Source of the DNA: Clostridia bacterium | GTDB lineage: Bacteria > Bacillota > Sulfobacillia > SLMV01 | Direction of reading: 5' to 3' | Assembly (NCBI GenBank): GCA_007136565.1 | Contig: SLGS01000038.1 | Location: 1-35,635 of the forward strand | Length of the DNA: 35,635 nucleotides | In this document: positions 17,947 to 26,818 of the stretch, one piece after another | Layout of the letters: each line of letters opens with the position of its first letter | How positions within the stretch are numbered: position 1 is the first letter of the stretch | Made by a program: the position numbers and the translations under genes | The notes under the pieces: model-generated | Database searches by the model: none | Told to the model about the DNA's origin: nothing | Seen by the model: the letters and a program-made list of their open reading frames with translations, nothing else

Positions 17947-17971
17947 CGATAGGAAATTGGAGGGTTCCATC

Positions 17972-18370
17972 ATGAGCGAAGGTAGAATAAGGGTCCTGAT
18001 CGCCAAGCCGGGGCTGGATGGCCACGATCGCGGTGCCAAGGTACTGGCGAGGGCCATGCGGGACGCGGGGTTCGAGGTTATCTACACCGGCCTCAGACAA
18101 ACCCCCGACCAGATCGTCAGCGCCGCCGTGCAAGAGGACGTCGATGTCATCGGATTGAGCATCCTCTCGGGGGCCCACAATCACCTGTTCCCTCGGATCA
18201 TGCAACTGCTCGAGGAAGCCGGTGCCGAACACATCCTCGTCATCGCCGGGGGCGTGATCCCCGAAGAGGACATCCCGGCCCTGGAAAAACTGGGAGTGAG
18301 CAGGGTTTTCACCCCGGGCACTCCGACGTCCGAGGCCATCGGTTTCATCAGGGAACGGGTCGGGGCCTGA
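17972..18370 (+). CDS. mcmA2: Methylmalonyl-CoA mutase, small B12-binding subunit
   Basis: 132 aa from the ATG at 17972, with GGAAATTGGAGGG upstream. It starts [19 protein letters not shown], which contains the DxHxxG cobalamin-binding motif, and has GGVIP later. Confidence 0.9.
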   Translation: MSEGRIRVLIAKPGLDGHDRGAKVLARAMRDAGFEVIYTGLRQTPDQIVSAAVQEDVDVIGLSILSGAHNHLFPRIMQLLEEAGAEHILVIAGGVIPEEDIPALEKLGVSRVFTPGTPTSEAIGFIRERVGA

Positions 18371-18374
18371 TCCC

Positions 18375-19340
18375 TTGGAGCGATGCGAGATAGATGCCAT
18401 GATATCGGGCATCAGGGACAATAGACCGGGAACCCTGGCCCGGGCCATAAGCATGATCGAGGACGAAGAACCCGACTCGGCGCATTTGCTGGAGGGTTTA
18501 CACCCCTTTACCGGAGGCTCCCACGTGGTGGGGATAACGGGTCCCCCGGGTTCGGGCAAGAGCACCCTAACGGACCGGATCACCAAGCACCTGAGGAAGA
18601 GGTCCAAGAGTGTCGGAGTCGTCGCCGTGGATCCCACCAGCCCTTTCAGCGGCGGAGCGCTCCTCGGCGATCGCACCAGGATGGGGGATCTGGCGACGGA
18701 TCCCGAGGTCTTCATCCGGAGCATGGGTACGCGAGGAAGCCTCGGGGGACTATCCCGCGCCGTTTACGGTGCCATCAAGGTGCTCGAGGCCGCCGCCAAA
18801 GACGTGATCCTGGTCGAAACGGTGGGAGTTGGACAATCCGAGGTGGATATCGCCCGCGTCGCGGATACGGTGGTGGTAGTATTCGTACCGGGCCTCGGCG
18901 ACGACGTGCAGGCCATCAAGGCCGGCATAACCGAAATCGGGGATCTCCTGGTCGTCAACAAGGCCGATCTCCCCGGGGCGTCCCGGGTGGAATCGGTACT
19001 GGAATCCACCCTTAACCTCGCTCCACCGCGGGAGGAGCCGGCTCCCAAGATCGCCTCGGCCAGCGCCGAGCGCGACGAGGGAGTCGAGGAATTGCTGGAC
19101 TTGATAGAAGAGCATAGGAACCTGGCTCGCGAGAGTGGACTGCTGGAGCTGAGAAGGCGCATGCGGGCCAGGGCGGAGATAACCGCCATCCTTGCCCGAC
19201 GGGTATCTAGGCACACCGAGGGTTACCTATCGGATGGCGATAATGGTTGGTATCGACGGCTTACGAGGGGAGAGGTTTCCCCCGGCGAACTGGCGGAGGA
19301 ATTGTGGTCGAAACTGCTGGGACAAGAGAGCGAGGGATAG
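18375..19340 (+). CDS. meaB: Methylmalonyl-CoA mutase-associated G-protein chaperone MeaB/ArgK
   Basis: Motifs: P-loop GITGPPGSGKSTL, VETVGVGQSE and NKADL. The start is ambiguous, either the TTG at 18375 or the ATG at 18399. Confidence 0.9.
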   Translation: MERCEIDAMISGIRDNRPGTLARAISMIEDEEPDSAHLLEGLHPFTGGSHVVGITGPPGSGKSTLTDRITKHLRKRSKSVGVVAVDPTSPFSGGALLGDRTRMGDLATDPEVFIRSMGTRGSLGGLSRAVYGAIKVLEAAAKDVILVETVGVGQSEVDIARVADTVVVVFVPGLGDDVQAIKAGITEIGDLLVVNKADLPGASRVESVLESTLNLAPPREEPAPKIASASAERDEGVEELLDLIEEHRNLARESGLLELRRRMRARAEITAILARRVSRHTEGYLSDGDNGWYRRLTRGEVSPGELAEELWSKLLGQESEG

Positions 19341-19344
19341 GACG

Positions 19345-19752
19345 ATGAAGATCAAAGGCAAGCACCACCTGGGGATCGCAGTGGAGAACATCGAGGAAGC
19401 GATGAAGATATACTGTGACGGACTGGGCCTCGAAGTGGCGGAGAAGGAGGAACTCCCCGAGCGCGGTCTGCGGGTTGCCATGATTCCCCTGGGGGAGAGC
19501 TCCATCGAGCTTCTCGAGCCCACGGATCCGGAGAGTACGGTAGGGAAATTCATCGCGAAACGCGGCGGAGGCATACACCACCTGGCCATAGAGGTCGAAG
19601 ACATCGATGCCGCCCTCGCGAGACTGAAGGAGACGGGGATACCCCTGATCGACGAAGAGGCCCGTCCGGGCGTCGGGGGCACGCGGGTGGCCTTCCTGCA
19701 CCCCAAGGGCACCGGCGGTGTCCTATTGGAACTGGTAGAGAACGTCCAGTAA
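19345..19752 (+). CDS. mce: Methylmalonyl-CoA epimerase (VOC/glyoxalase fold)
   Basis: 135 aa from the ATG at 19345. Motifs HHLGIAVENIEEA, IELLEP, GGGIHHLAIEVEDI and VAFLHPK... match the epimerase pattern. The track start at 19192 overlaps meaB and looks spurious. Confidence 0.88.
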   Translation: MKIKGKHHLGIAVENIEEAMKIYCDGLGLEVAEKEELPERGLRVAMIPLGESSIELLEPTDPESTVGKFIAKRGGGIHHLAIEVEDIDAALARLKETGIPLIDEEARPGVGGTRVAFLHPKGTGGVLLELVENVQ

Positions 19753-19774
19753 ATAGCCCGGGAGGCGAGCTCTT

Positions 19775-21721
19775 TTGGTGCCCCACCATCGCCAAAGAAT
19801 CTGGCTCCGCTGTCTGCTGTTTTCGTTAGTGCTGATGGCATTAATCTCGGCGCCGGCCTCGGCAGCCGGTGCCGAGATGCGATTCACCATCCTGCACACC
19901 AACGACGAGCATTCGGCGCTGTGGCCCGGGCCCGCGTTGGACTACGCGCCGGGACGGGCCGATACCACCACGGGGGGCTTCGCCAGGTTGGCCGGCGTAT
20001 TGGAGCGAGAACGGGATGCGCGCTCGGGACAACCGGTCCTGACCGTCAACGCCGGGGATTTCTTCTCGGGGTCTCCTTTTAGCTGGGTGGCCCTCGAGGG
20101 TATGGCCCCCGAGCTGACGCTGATGGACCAAATGGGCTACGACGTCATTACCGTCGGTAACCACGAGTGGGATTTCGGTCCCGAATTCCTCGCACAATAC
20201 CTGGACGCAGCGGGCGTTTCCCGACCCGATGCTCCGGCCATCCTCGCCACCAACGCCGTGATACCGGCGGGCCATCCGATGGAGAGCTCGGTCGTGCGGG
20301 AAACCCACGTCCTCGAGATCGGGGCCGACCACGGGTGGGAGCGCACCTTGCGAATCGGCTTCATGGGAATCCTCGGCGATGCCGCCATAACCGTGGCCCC
20401 GGAGGCCGCTCCGGTGACCTTTTCGGATCCGGTGGATTCGGCGAGGGAAGCCGCGGCCCGGCTCCGGGAGGACGGAGTCGACATCGTCATTGCCCTCACG
20501 CACTCGGGCGTCGAGGGCGATCGGCGGTTAGCCCGACAGGTCGAAGATATCGACTTGATCGTCGGTGGGCATTCACACACACCACTTTTTGAGCCCGAGC
20601 TGGTCTCGGGAATTCCGATAGTACAGGCCGGCTCTCGTACGGAGTATCTCGGTTGCGTGGAGCTGGCCTACGATCCCGCCACCGGGGGTATCGGCCTGGT
20701 CAACGATGAAGGCGACATTCCCTACCTGATTCCCGTGGGTGGTGCAGATCCGGAGTGCCCTGATACGGTCGAGGCCATCGCGGGTTACGCCGACGCCCTG
20801 AATTCGTACCTGGGGCGGCTGACCAACGGAGACTACGTGGATGCTTTCGCACCACTGGCCAGCCTGGATGAACCCCTACTCGCCACCCCCGAGGAACGGG
20901 AACACGCCATGGGCAACCTCGTCACGGACGCCTTCAGGGACGCAGGAGAGCGCATCCTCGGAGAGGAAGTCCACATGGCCTTTCAGGCCAGCGGCCAGAT
21001 CCGGGGTGACCTCAGGCCAGCCGGAGGCGACGGGGTCGAAGGGGCCATCGCCATTTACGACCTGCTGGAGCAGGTCGGGTTGGGCAGGGGGCCGGATCTG
21101 CATCCGGGAGCCCCGCTGGTCGGGATGTACTTCACCGGTGCAGACGTGCTAAAACTCCTGGAGATTTCCCAGATTCTCAACGAAGTTCTCGGCCACAGTT
21201 TCTTCCTCCAGGTCTCGGGATTGAGAGTGGAGTACGACCCGCAGCGCGCCATCCTGTTGTGGCTACCCATCGTCGATCTACCCGTACCCACGTATCGGTC
21301 CGTTCTCGGCGCGGAGGTCGTCGACGCACGAGGATCCGTCGAGACATTGAGTGCATCGGATGAAGATCTGTACCTGGTGGTGGGGGATTTCTACGTCGCG
21401 TCATTTCTGCCCCAGGTCGGCGGCATGTTGCCTCGCCTGGACGTAATTCCCCGGGATGTCGACGGGGTGCCCCTGGCGGATCTCGAGGATGGCATACTGC
21501 GGGATTCCGATGGGAACGAAACGAAGGCGTGGCGCGCGGTCGTAGATTACGCGGCCAGTTTCGATCCCGGCCCCACGGGGTTGCCCCACATAGTGGCCCC
21601 CGAGGTCGGTGATCGGTTGGTGTATCGCGGGACGATGCCCATAATCCTCCCGCCCATCCTGGGTCTATTGGCGGTCTCAGCCATCGCCTTGGTCGCTTTC
21701 AGGCGATTTCGTCGGCGCTAG
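19775..21721 (+). CDS. Bifunctional metallophosphatase/5'-nucleotidase (UshA-like), exported and C-terminally membrane-anchored
   Basis: 648 aa. It has a signal peptide (LLFSLVLMALISAPASA-AG), metallophosphatase motifs HTNDEHS, GDFFSGS, GNHEWDFG and GGHSHT, and a C-terminal hydrophobic helix followed by RRFRRR. Confidence 0.85.
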   Translation: MVPHHRQRIWLRCLLFSLVLMALISAPASAAGAEMRFTILHTNDEHSALWPGPALDYAPGRADTTTGGFARLAGVLERERDARSGQPVLTVNAGDFFSGSPFSWVALEGMAPELTLMDQMGYDVITVGNHEWDFGPEFLAQYLDAAGVSRPDAPAILATNAVIPAGHPMESSVVRETHVLEIGADHGWERTLRIGFMGILGDAAITVAPEAAPVTFSDPVDSAREAAARLREDGVDIVIALTHSGVEGDRRLARQVEDIDLIVGGHSHTPLFEPELVSGIPIVQAGSRTEYLGCVELAYDPATGGIGLVNDEGDIPYLIPVGGADPECPDTVEAIAGYADALNSYLGRLTNGDYVDAFAPLASLDEPLLATPEEREHAMGNLVTDAFRDAGERILGEEVHMAFQASGQIRGDLRPAGGDGVEGAIAIYDLLEQVGLGRGPDLHPGAPLVGMYFTGADVLKLLEISQILNEVLGHSFFLQVSGLRVEYDPQRAILLWLPIVDLPVPTYRSVLGAEVVDARGSVETLSASDEDLYLVVGDFYVASFLPQVGGMLPRLDVIPRDVDGVPLADLEDGILRDSDGNETKAWRAVVDYAASFDPGPTGLPHIVAPEVGDRLVYRGTMPIILPPILGLLAVSAIALVAFRRFRRR

Positions 21722-21741
21722 AACCGAGAGGAGTGTCGAGA

Positions 21742-23211
21742 GTGAAAAGAATTGCCATCGGACAGATTAGTCACGAGACCAATGCTTTCAGTCCCATACC
21801 CACAGATATTTCCAGGTTCGAGCAGCGGGGGCTCGGCCGCGGCGACGAATTAATGGAGATGTTCGAGGGAACCAGGACACCCCTCGGGGGTTTTCTAGAT
21901 GCGTGCGGCGAATTCGGCTGGAAGCCCGTGGCCACCCTGGCGGCGGCCGCGGTGCCTTCCGGGCTAGTGACTGGGGACGCCTTCGATCAACTGCTGGGTG
22001 AACTCGTCGAGGGGATCCGCAACTCCGGGAGCGTCGATGGCGTACTCCTCGCTTTGCACGGGGCCATGGTCGCGGAAAATGCTCCCGATGCCGAGGGAGA
22101 GATCATAGCCGCAGTGCGGGGTGCCGTGGGCGCGGAGGTGCCGGTGGTCTGCACCCTGGATTATCACGCCAACATGACCGATCTCATGGTATCTGAATCT
22201 ACGGGACTCTTCGGGTACAATACATATCCCCACGTCGATGGTTACGAGCGGGGCCTGGAGGCCGCAAGTTTCATGAAGGACGTCCTCGGTGCGGGGACGA
22301 ATCCCGTGACGCGACTATTGAGGCCACCGATAGCACCCGCGGTGGTTCCGGCGCGAACCGGGTGGGGTCCGATGAAGGATCTGATGGAGCGCGCCTTCGA
22401 GTGGGAAGAGCGCGAGGGTGTCGTAAACGTGAGTGCCTACGGGGGATTCGTCTACTCCGATATAGATGAGGCCGGATTGGCATTCTTGGCCACCACCGAT
22501 GGTGATGCCGAGCTGGCGACCCGCATAGTCGAGGACCTCGCCGGAAGAGCCTGGGAGATCCGGGAGGACTTCGTGGCGGACATGATGGAGCCCGAGACCG
22601 CGGTGAAAGCGGCCCTGGAATCCGGCTCGGCCCCGGTCGTGCTCGCGGACGTCGCGGACAATACCGGAGGAGGGGCTTCCGGCGACGGTACGGCGATCCT
22701 ACACGCCCTGGCCGAGATCGGGTGGCCGGATGCGGCCGTAGTGACAATCCCGGATCCGGAGGCCACCCGCCTGGCGTTCCAGGCCGGAGTCGGTGGAGTA
22801 TTCGAGGGATCCGTGGGTGGGAAGATAGATGACGCCCACGGGAGTCCCATAGAAGTCAGTGGTAGAGTTCGGCTCCTTTCCGACGGCGAGTTCGTCCATA
22901 GGGGCCCCATGTCCACCGGCCTGAAATCCGGCATGGGTAAGACGGCCGTGATAAGGGTGGGCGAAACGGACATCATCGTGAACGAGAACAGGTTCCAGCC
23001 CGTGGATCCCGCCGCCCCGCGATCCGTCGGAGTGGATCCGGCCCATAAGAAGATAGTGGTGCTCAAGTCCGCGGTGCATTATCGGGCTTCGTACGAGCCC
23101 ATGGCCGGTAAGATCATCGAGGTAGATGGCCCCGGGCTCTCCAGTCCGAACCTGGACCGTTTCCAGTTCGCTAACCTCAGGCGCCCGGTATTCCCCGTGG
23201 ATGATATGTAG
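21742..23211 (+). CDS. M81-family metallopeptidase (MlrC / microcystinase C-like)
   Basis: The N-terminus (M)KRIAIGQISHETNAFSP is typical of the MlrC N-domain, and the 489-aa size fits. The GTG at 21742 lies 8 nt after GAGAGGAG. The track start at 21733 is an alternative. Confidence 0.82.
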   Translation: MKRIAIGQISHETNAFSPIPTDISRFEQRGLGRGDELMEMFEGTRTPLGGFLDACGEFGWKPVATLAAAAVPSGLVTGDAFDQLLGELVEGIRNSGSVDGVLLALHGAMVAENAPDAEGEIIAAVRGAVGAEVPVVCTLDYHANMTDLMVSESTGLFGYNTYPHVDGYERGLEAASFMKDVLGAGTNPVTRLLRPPIAPAVVPARTGWGPMKDLMERAFEWEEREGVVNVSAYGGFVYSDIDEAGLAFLATTDGDAELATRIVEDLAGRAWEIREDFVADMMEPETAVKAALESGSAPVVLADVADNTGGGASGDGTAILHALAEIGWPDAAVVTIPDPEATRLAFQAGVGGVFEGSVGGKIDDAHGSPIEVSGRVRLLSDGEFVHRGPMSTGLKSGMGKTAVIRVGETDIIVNENRFQPVDPAAPRSVGVDPAHKKIVVLKSAVHYRASYEPMAGKIIEVDGPGLSSPNLDRFQFANLRRPVFPVDDM

Positions 23212-23229
23212 CGAGCGAAGGGAGCCCAA

Positions 23230-24267
23230 ATGTCCGCACTACCCTTTGACTGCGATGAGATGAAAGCGGCTAGACAAAACCTGGCGGGAATCGTGCGCAG
23301 GACGCCCCTGTTGGAGGGCTGCGACCTGGTCGCCGGCCGGACTCTGCACATGAAGGCGGAAAACCTTCAGCTAACCCATGCCTTCAAGTTCCGGGGCGCG
23401 TACAATCGTGCGAGCGCCCTGGGAGAAGAGGAGCGGAAACGGGGCGTTATCGCCGCCTCCAGTGGAAATCACGCACTCGGCTTGTCCCTGGCCGGTGCGA
23501 TGCTCGACGTTAGGGTCACCGTGGTCATGCCCGAAGGAGCACCCGTGGTCAAGGAAAAGGGATGCCGCCGATACGGCGCCTGCGTCCTCAGGGAGGGCGA
23601 AACCTACGACGATTCGGTGGAGTATGCCTTCGATCTGGCGCAAAAACACGGTTACACGTATGTACAATCCTTCGACGACCCGGTGGTCGCCGCGGGCCAG
23701 GCGACGGTGACCTGGGAAATCATCGAGGACATGCCGGATCTCGATGTACTCGTCCTACCCATCGGCGGTGGAGGGCTGATCACCGGCGCCCTGGGATTTC
23801 TCCACTGTGGTGGCGTGGAGATCCCCGGTCGGTCCGCTCCCCTGGACGGGGTTAAGGTCGTAGGTGTTCAGGCGGAGGGTGCCGCCTCCATGATTAGGTC
23901 CGTCTCCTCTGGAAGGAGACTTCCCATGGAAAGAATATCCACCATCGCCGATGGGATAGCCGTGCGCCAACCCGGTGAGTTGACCTACGCGACGGTCTCG
24001 GAATGGGTGGACGAATTGGTAACGGTCACCGACGATGAAATGCTCGAGATGGTCGGCATGCTGGCGGTGGCGGAGAAGTTGATCGCTGAACCCGCGGGCG
24101 CCGCGGCGGCGGCGGCGCTCGCCCTGGGCCGGGGTGATGTCCTATCCCGCGTGAAACGCGACGGCCTTAAAGCGGCCTGCGTGCTATCGGGAGGAAACAT
24201 CGAACCCGACTTGCTGTCCCGGGCGATAAAGATGGTTCGCCTGAGGGGAGGATCGCTAAAGAAATGA
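23230..24267 (+). CDS. Threonine/serine dehydratase-like PLP (fold type II) enzyme, short form without a regulatory domain
   Basis: 345 aa with motifs KAENLQLTHAFKFRGAYN (PLP lysine), ASSGNHALG, PIGGGGLI and VLSGGNIE. GAAGGGAG lies upstream of the ATG. Confidence 0.82.
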   Translation: MSALPFDCDEMKAARQNLAGIVRRTPLLEGCDLVAGRTLHMKAENLQLTHAFKFRGAYNRASALGEEERKRGVIAASSGNHALGLSLAGAMLDVRVTVVMPEGAPVVKEKGCRRYGACVLREGETYDDSVEYAFDLAQKHGYTYVQSFDDPVVAAGQATVTWEIIEDMPDLDVLVLPIGGGGLITGALGFLHCGGVEIPGRSAPLDGVKVVGVQAEGAASMIRSVSSGRRLPMERISTIADGIAVRQPGELTYATVSEWVDELVTVTDDEMLEMVGMLAVAEKLIAEPAGAAAAAALALGRGDVLSRVKRDGLKAACVLSGGNIEPDLLSRAIKMVRLRGGSLKK

Positions 24268-25559
24268 TTCAACGCTTTGCCTACGGAAACGAAACCCTGG
24301 AGGTAGACGTCCCCGGGAATCTCATCCAAGTGCTGCGCCCGGACGTGGGGGAGGCCACGGAGTCGGAGGAGCAAATAGTTCGCAGCGCCCTGGAGAGTCC
24401 CACAGGATCCCCTCGCCTCGGAGATATGGTAAATCCGGGTGAAAGCGCCGTCGTCTTGATTAGCGATATGACGCGGCTTTGGGTTCGCCAGGACTTATTC
24501 TTGCCCCGGATAATCGAGGAGCTCGCGCGAGGTGGAGTGCATCCGTCGGATATTACCCTGATCGCTGCCACCGGGGATCACAGGGGACACGCCGACGAGG
24601 AGTGGAAGCTCCTGTTGGGCCCGGACATACCGGCAGGGGTTCGATGGGTCGACCACGACGCCAGGGATTCGGCTTCCATGGTTCATCTGGGAAGCACTTC
24701 CCGGGGGACCGAGGTATCCATCAACGCCCTCGCCGCCGAGGCCGATAGGCTGATACTGACCGGTGGAATAGTATACCATTTCCTCGCGGGTTTCAGTGGT
24801 GGGATGAAGGCGATACTCCCCGGTGTATCCTCGTACGAAACGATAATGGCGAACCATTCCCTGGCCCTTGCCGAAGGAGGGGGAATCGAAGCTTCGGTAT
24901 CCGCCGGCACCATGTCCGGCAACCCGTGCAGTGAAGATATCTGGGAGGGCGGAGAACTGGGATCTCCCGATTTTCTCTTCAATGTTGTTGTCGACGATGA
25001 AAACCACAGGATAGTGGGGGCCGTGGCGGGGGATCCGCGCTCGGCACATCGTATAGGCCGCGGCTTGGCCCGGGATCGCTGGGAAGTCGCCATAGAGCGC
25101 AGGGTCCCGGTGGTCCTGGCTTCGTCCGGTGGCTATCCCAAGGACATAAACCTCTACCAGACCTATAAGACCCTTTACGGTGCTCGGAGGGCGGTGGCCG
25201 ATGGAGGCACCGTGGTTATCGCCTCCCTGTGCTCCGAGGGTATGGGTAACGATGATTTCGCCCGGATGCTCCTGGAACACTCTTCGAACCGCGAGCGTGA
25301 GGCCCGCCTGAGGGAGGAGTTCACCATCGGGGGGTACATGGCTTTTCACGCCGCCGTGATGGCTTCCGAATGCGATGTCATCCTGGTGTCGGGCATGGAC
25401 GCCGCCGAGATCGAGGCGGCCGGCATGATTGCCGCCGGGGATATGGATGAGGCGGTCCAAAAGGTTGTGGACAAGCACGGGAGCGAGTTCGAATATCACA
25501 TGATGCCATCGGGCGGCGCATTTCCGGTGATGAAGCGAGGGGAAGTCGATTGCGGATGA
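24264..25559 (+). CDS. larA: LarA-family nickel-pincer-nucleotide-dependent 2-hydroxyacid racemase/epimerase (lactate racemase homolog)
   Basis: 431 aa with motifs LISDMTR, ATGDHRGH, GGIVYHFLAGFSGGMKAILPGV (His plus the cofactor-tethering Lys) and MANHS. The ATG overlaps the upstream stop (ATGA at 24264-24267). Confidence 0.88.
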   Translation: MIQRFAYGNETLEVDVPGNLIQVLRPDVGEATESEEQIVRSALESPTGSPRLGDMVNPGESAVVLISDMTRLWVRQDLFLPRIIEELARGGVHPSDITLIAATGDHRGHADEEWKLLLGPDIPAGVRWVDHDARDSASMVHLGSTSRGTEVSINALAAEADRLILTGGIVYHFLAGFSGGMKAILPGVSSYETIMANHSLALAEGGGIEASVSAGTMSGNPCSEDIWEGGELGSPDFLFNVVVDDENHRIVGAVAGDPRSAHRIGRGLARDRWEVAIERRVPVVLASSGGYPKDINLYQTYKTLYGARRAVADGGTVVIASLCSEGMGNDDFARMLLEHSSNREREARLREEFTIGGYMAFHAAVMASECDVILVSGMDAAEIEAAGMIAAGDMDEAVQKVVDKHGSEFEYHMMPSGGAFPVMKRGEVDCG

Positions 25560-26155
25560 GCGGGGACGGCATGGAAAAGGGCTACGTGCAGGTCTACACC
25601 GGTGACGGAAAGGGCAAGACGACCGCGGCCCTGGGGCTATCGATGAGGGCGGTTGGTAGGGGACTGCGGGTCATGATGATCCAGTTCATGAAGCGATGGG
25701 GATACGGTGAGCACATCGCCGCGAGGAGACTGGAACCCGAACTGACCATCGTTCAGGTCGGGAAACCCTACTTGATTGCCCGAGAGGGAGAAATGGACGA
25801 GGCTACGCGAGAGATGGTTTCGGACGACGTCGTCATATTTCCGCCCGGAGAGCCTCCGTCCGAAATCCTCGACCTGGCTTGTGAGGGTATGGATTTGGCC
25901 AGGGAGACCCTGGTCGGTGGAAAAGTGGACGTACTCATCCTCGATGAGATCAACGTGGCTCTTCACTACGGGTTGGTGCAGCTGGACGAGGTATTGGATC
26001 TCCTCGATGAGCGTCCCGATAACGTAGAAGTGGTATTGACTGGCCGGGGTGCTCCCATTGAAATCATCGATCGCGCGGACCTGGTGACGGAGATGAAAGA
26101 GATAAAGCACTACTTCCGCGACGGGGTTTTCGCCCGCCGCGGGATCGAGGAATGA
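25556..26155 (+). CDS. cobO: Cob(I)yrinic acid a,c-diamide / cob(I)alamin adenosyltransferase, CobO/CobA/BtuR type
   Basis: Motifs: GYVQVYTGDGKGKTTAALG (P-loop), MIQFMK, LILDEINVAL, VVLTGRG and KHYF. The ATG at 25556 overlaps the larA stop (ATGA). The ATG at 25571 is an alternative start. Confidence 0.88.
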   Translation: MSGDGMEKGYVQVYTGDGKGKTTAALGLSMRAVGRGLRVMMIQFMKRWGYGEHIAARRLEPELTIVQVGKPYLIAREGEMDEATREMVSDDVVIFPPGEPPSEILDLACEGMDLARETLVGGKVDVLILDEINVALHYGLVQLDEVLDLLDERPDNVEVVLTGRGAPIEIIDRADLVTEMKEIKHYFRDGVFARRGIEE

Positions 26156-26818
26156 TCAGGATCGGGGTATCAACAGGGCCCTGACGGGTGATCCGTCGGA
26201 GCCATCGATTTTCGGGGGAGGGGCGATGAGGGTGTAACGCCCCTCTTCTGCGTTGCGTAGGTCCAGGAATTCCAAAATGTAGATGCCGTTACTCGCGCAC
26301 GCGGAGTGGCCCGGTAGTTTCTTGCTATCGAAGGCGTCCACGCTCGGTGCATCCGTTCCCAGGAGTAGGGCGCCGCCGTGGCCCAGGTCCTCGATCAGCG
26401 ATTCCGATGGATATCGAAACCGGGTCTCGAAGGGGTTCGCCGGTTCGTATCCAGTGCGAAGCAGCACCCTCGGGGTATATTCGCCGGGGATATCCACCCT
26501 TTCCAGGGCCCTTCGAAACTCCTCGGAGCAAATGGGTCCTGGGGCGCCGCGAAGATTCACCACGAGGGCGTCCCCGAGGAACGCTCCCAGGTCCATCGAT
26601 TCCAGGGTCGCGCCTTCGTCGGAGTAGTGATACGGAGAGTCGGCGTGGGTCCCAGTGTGAGGACTGAAACACAAGCGAGAAAGGTTCACCGACGAACCCG
26701 CGCAAATGCGCGCCGTCCAGTCCCGTTTGAAGACAGAGTCCCCCGGCCATTCGGCGAACGAGGGGGAGAGGGTGTGCGAAATGTCTATGATCTCGGTGAA
26801 ATCCATCACCGGTTGCAC
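26156..26818 (-). CDS. Cyclase-family metal hydrolase (kynurenine formamidase KynB / arylformamidase-like)
   Basis: About 216-220 aa with motifs DISHTLS, WPGD and FSPHTGTHADSPYHY. Start candidates are GTG 26818, GTG 26809 and ATG 26806. The ATG shares one nucleotide with the upstream ATPase stop (TGATG). The 3' end abuts the cobO stop with no gap. Confidence 0.78.
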   Translation of the reverse strand: MQPVMDFTEIIDISHTLSPSFAEWPGDSVFKRDWTARICAGSSVNLSRLCFSPHTGTHADSPYHYSDEGATLESMDLGAFLGDALVVNLRGAPGPICSEEFRRALERVDIPGEYTPRVLLRTGYEPANPFETRFRYPSESLIEDLGHGGALLLGTDAPSVDAFDSKKLPGHSACASNGIYILEFLDLRNAEEGRYTLIAPPPKIDGSDGSPVRALLIPRS

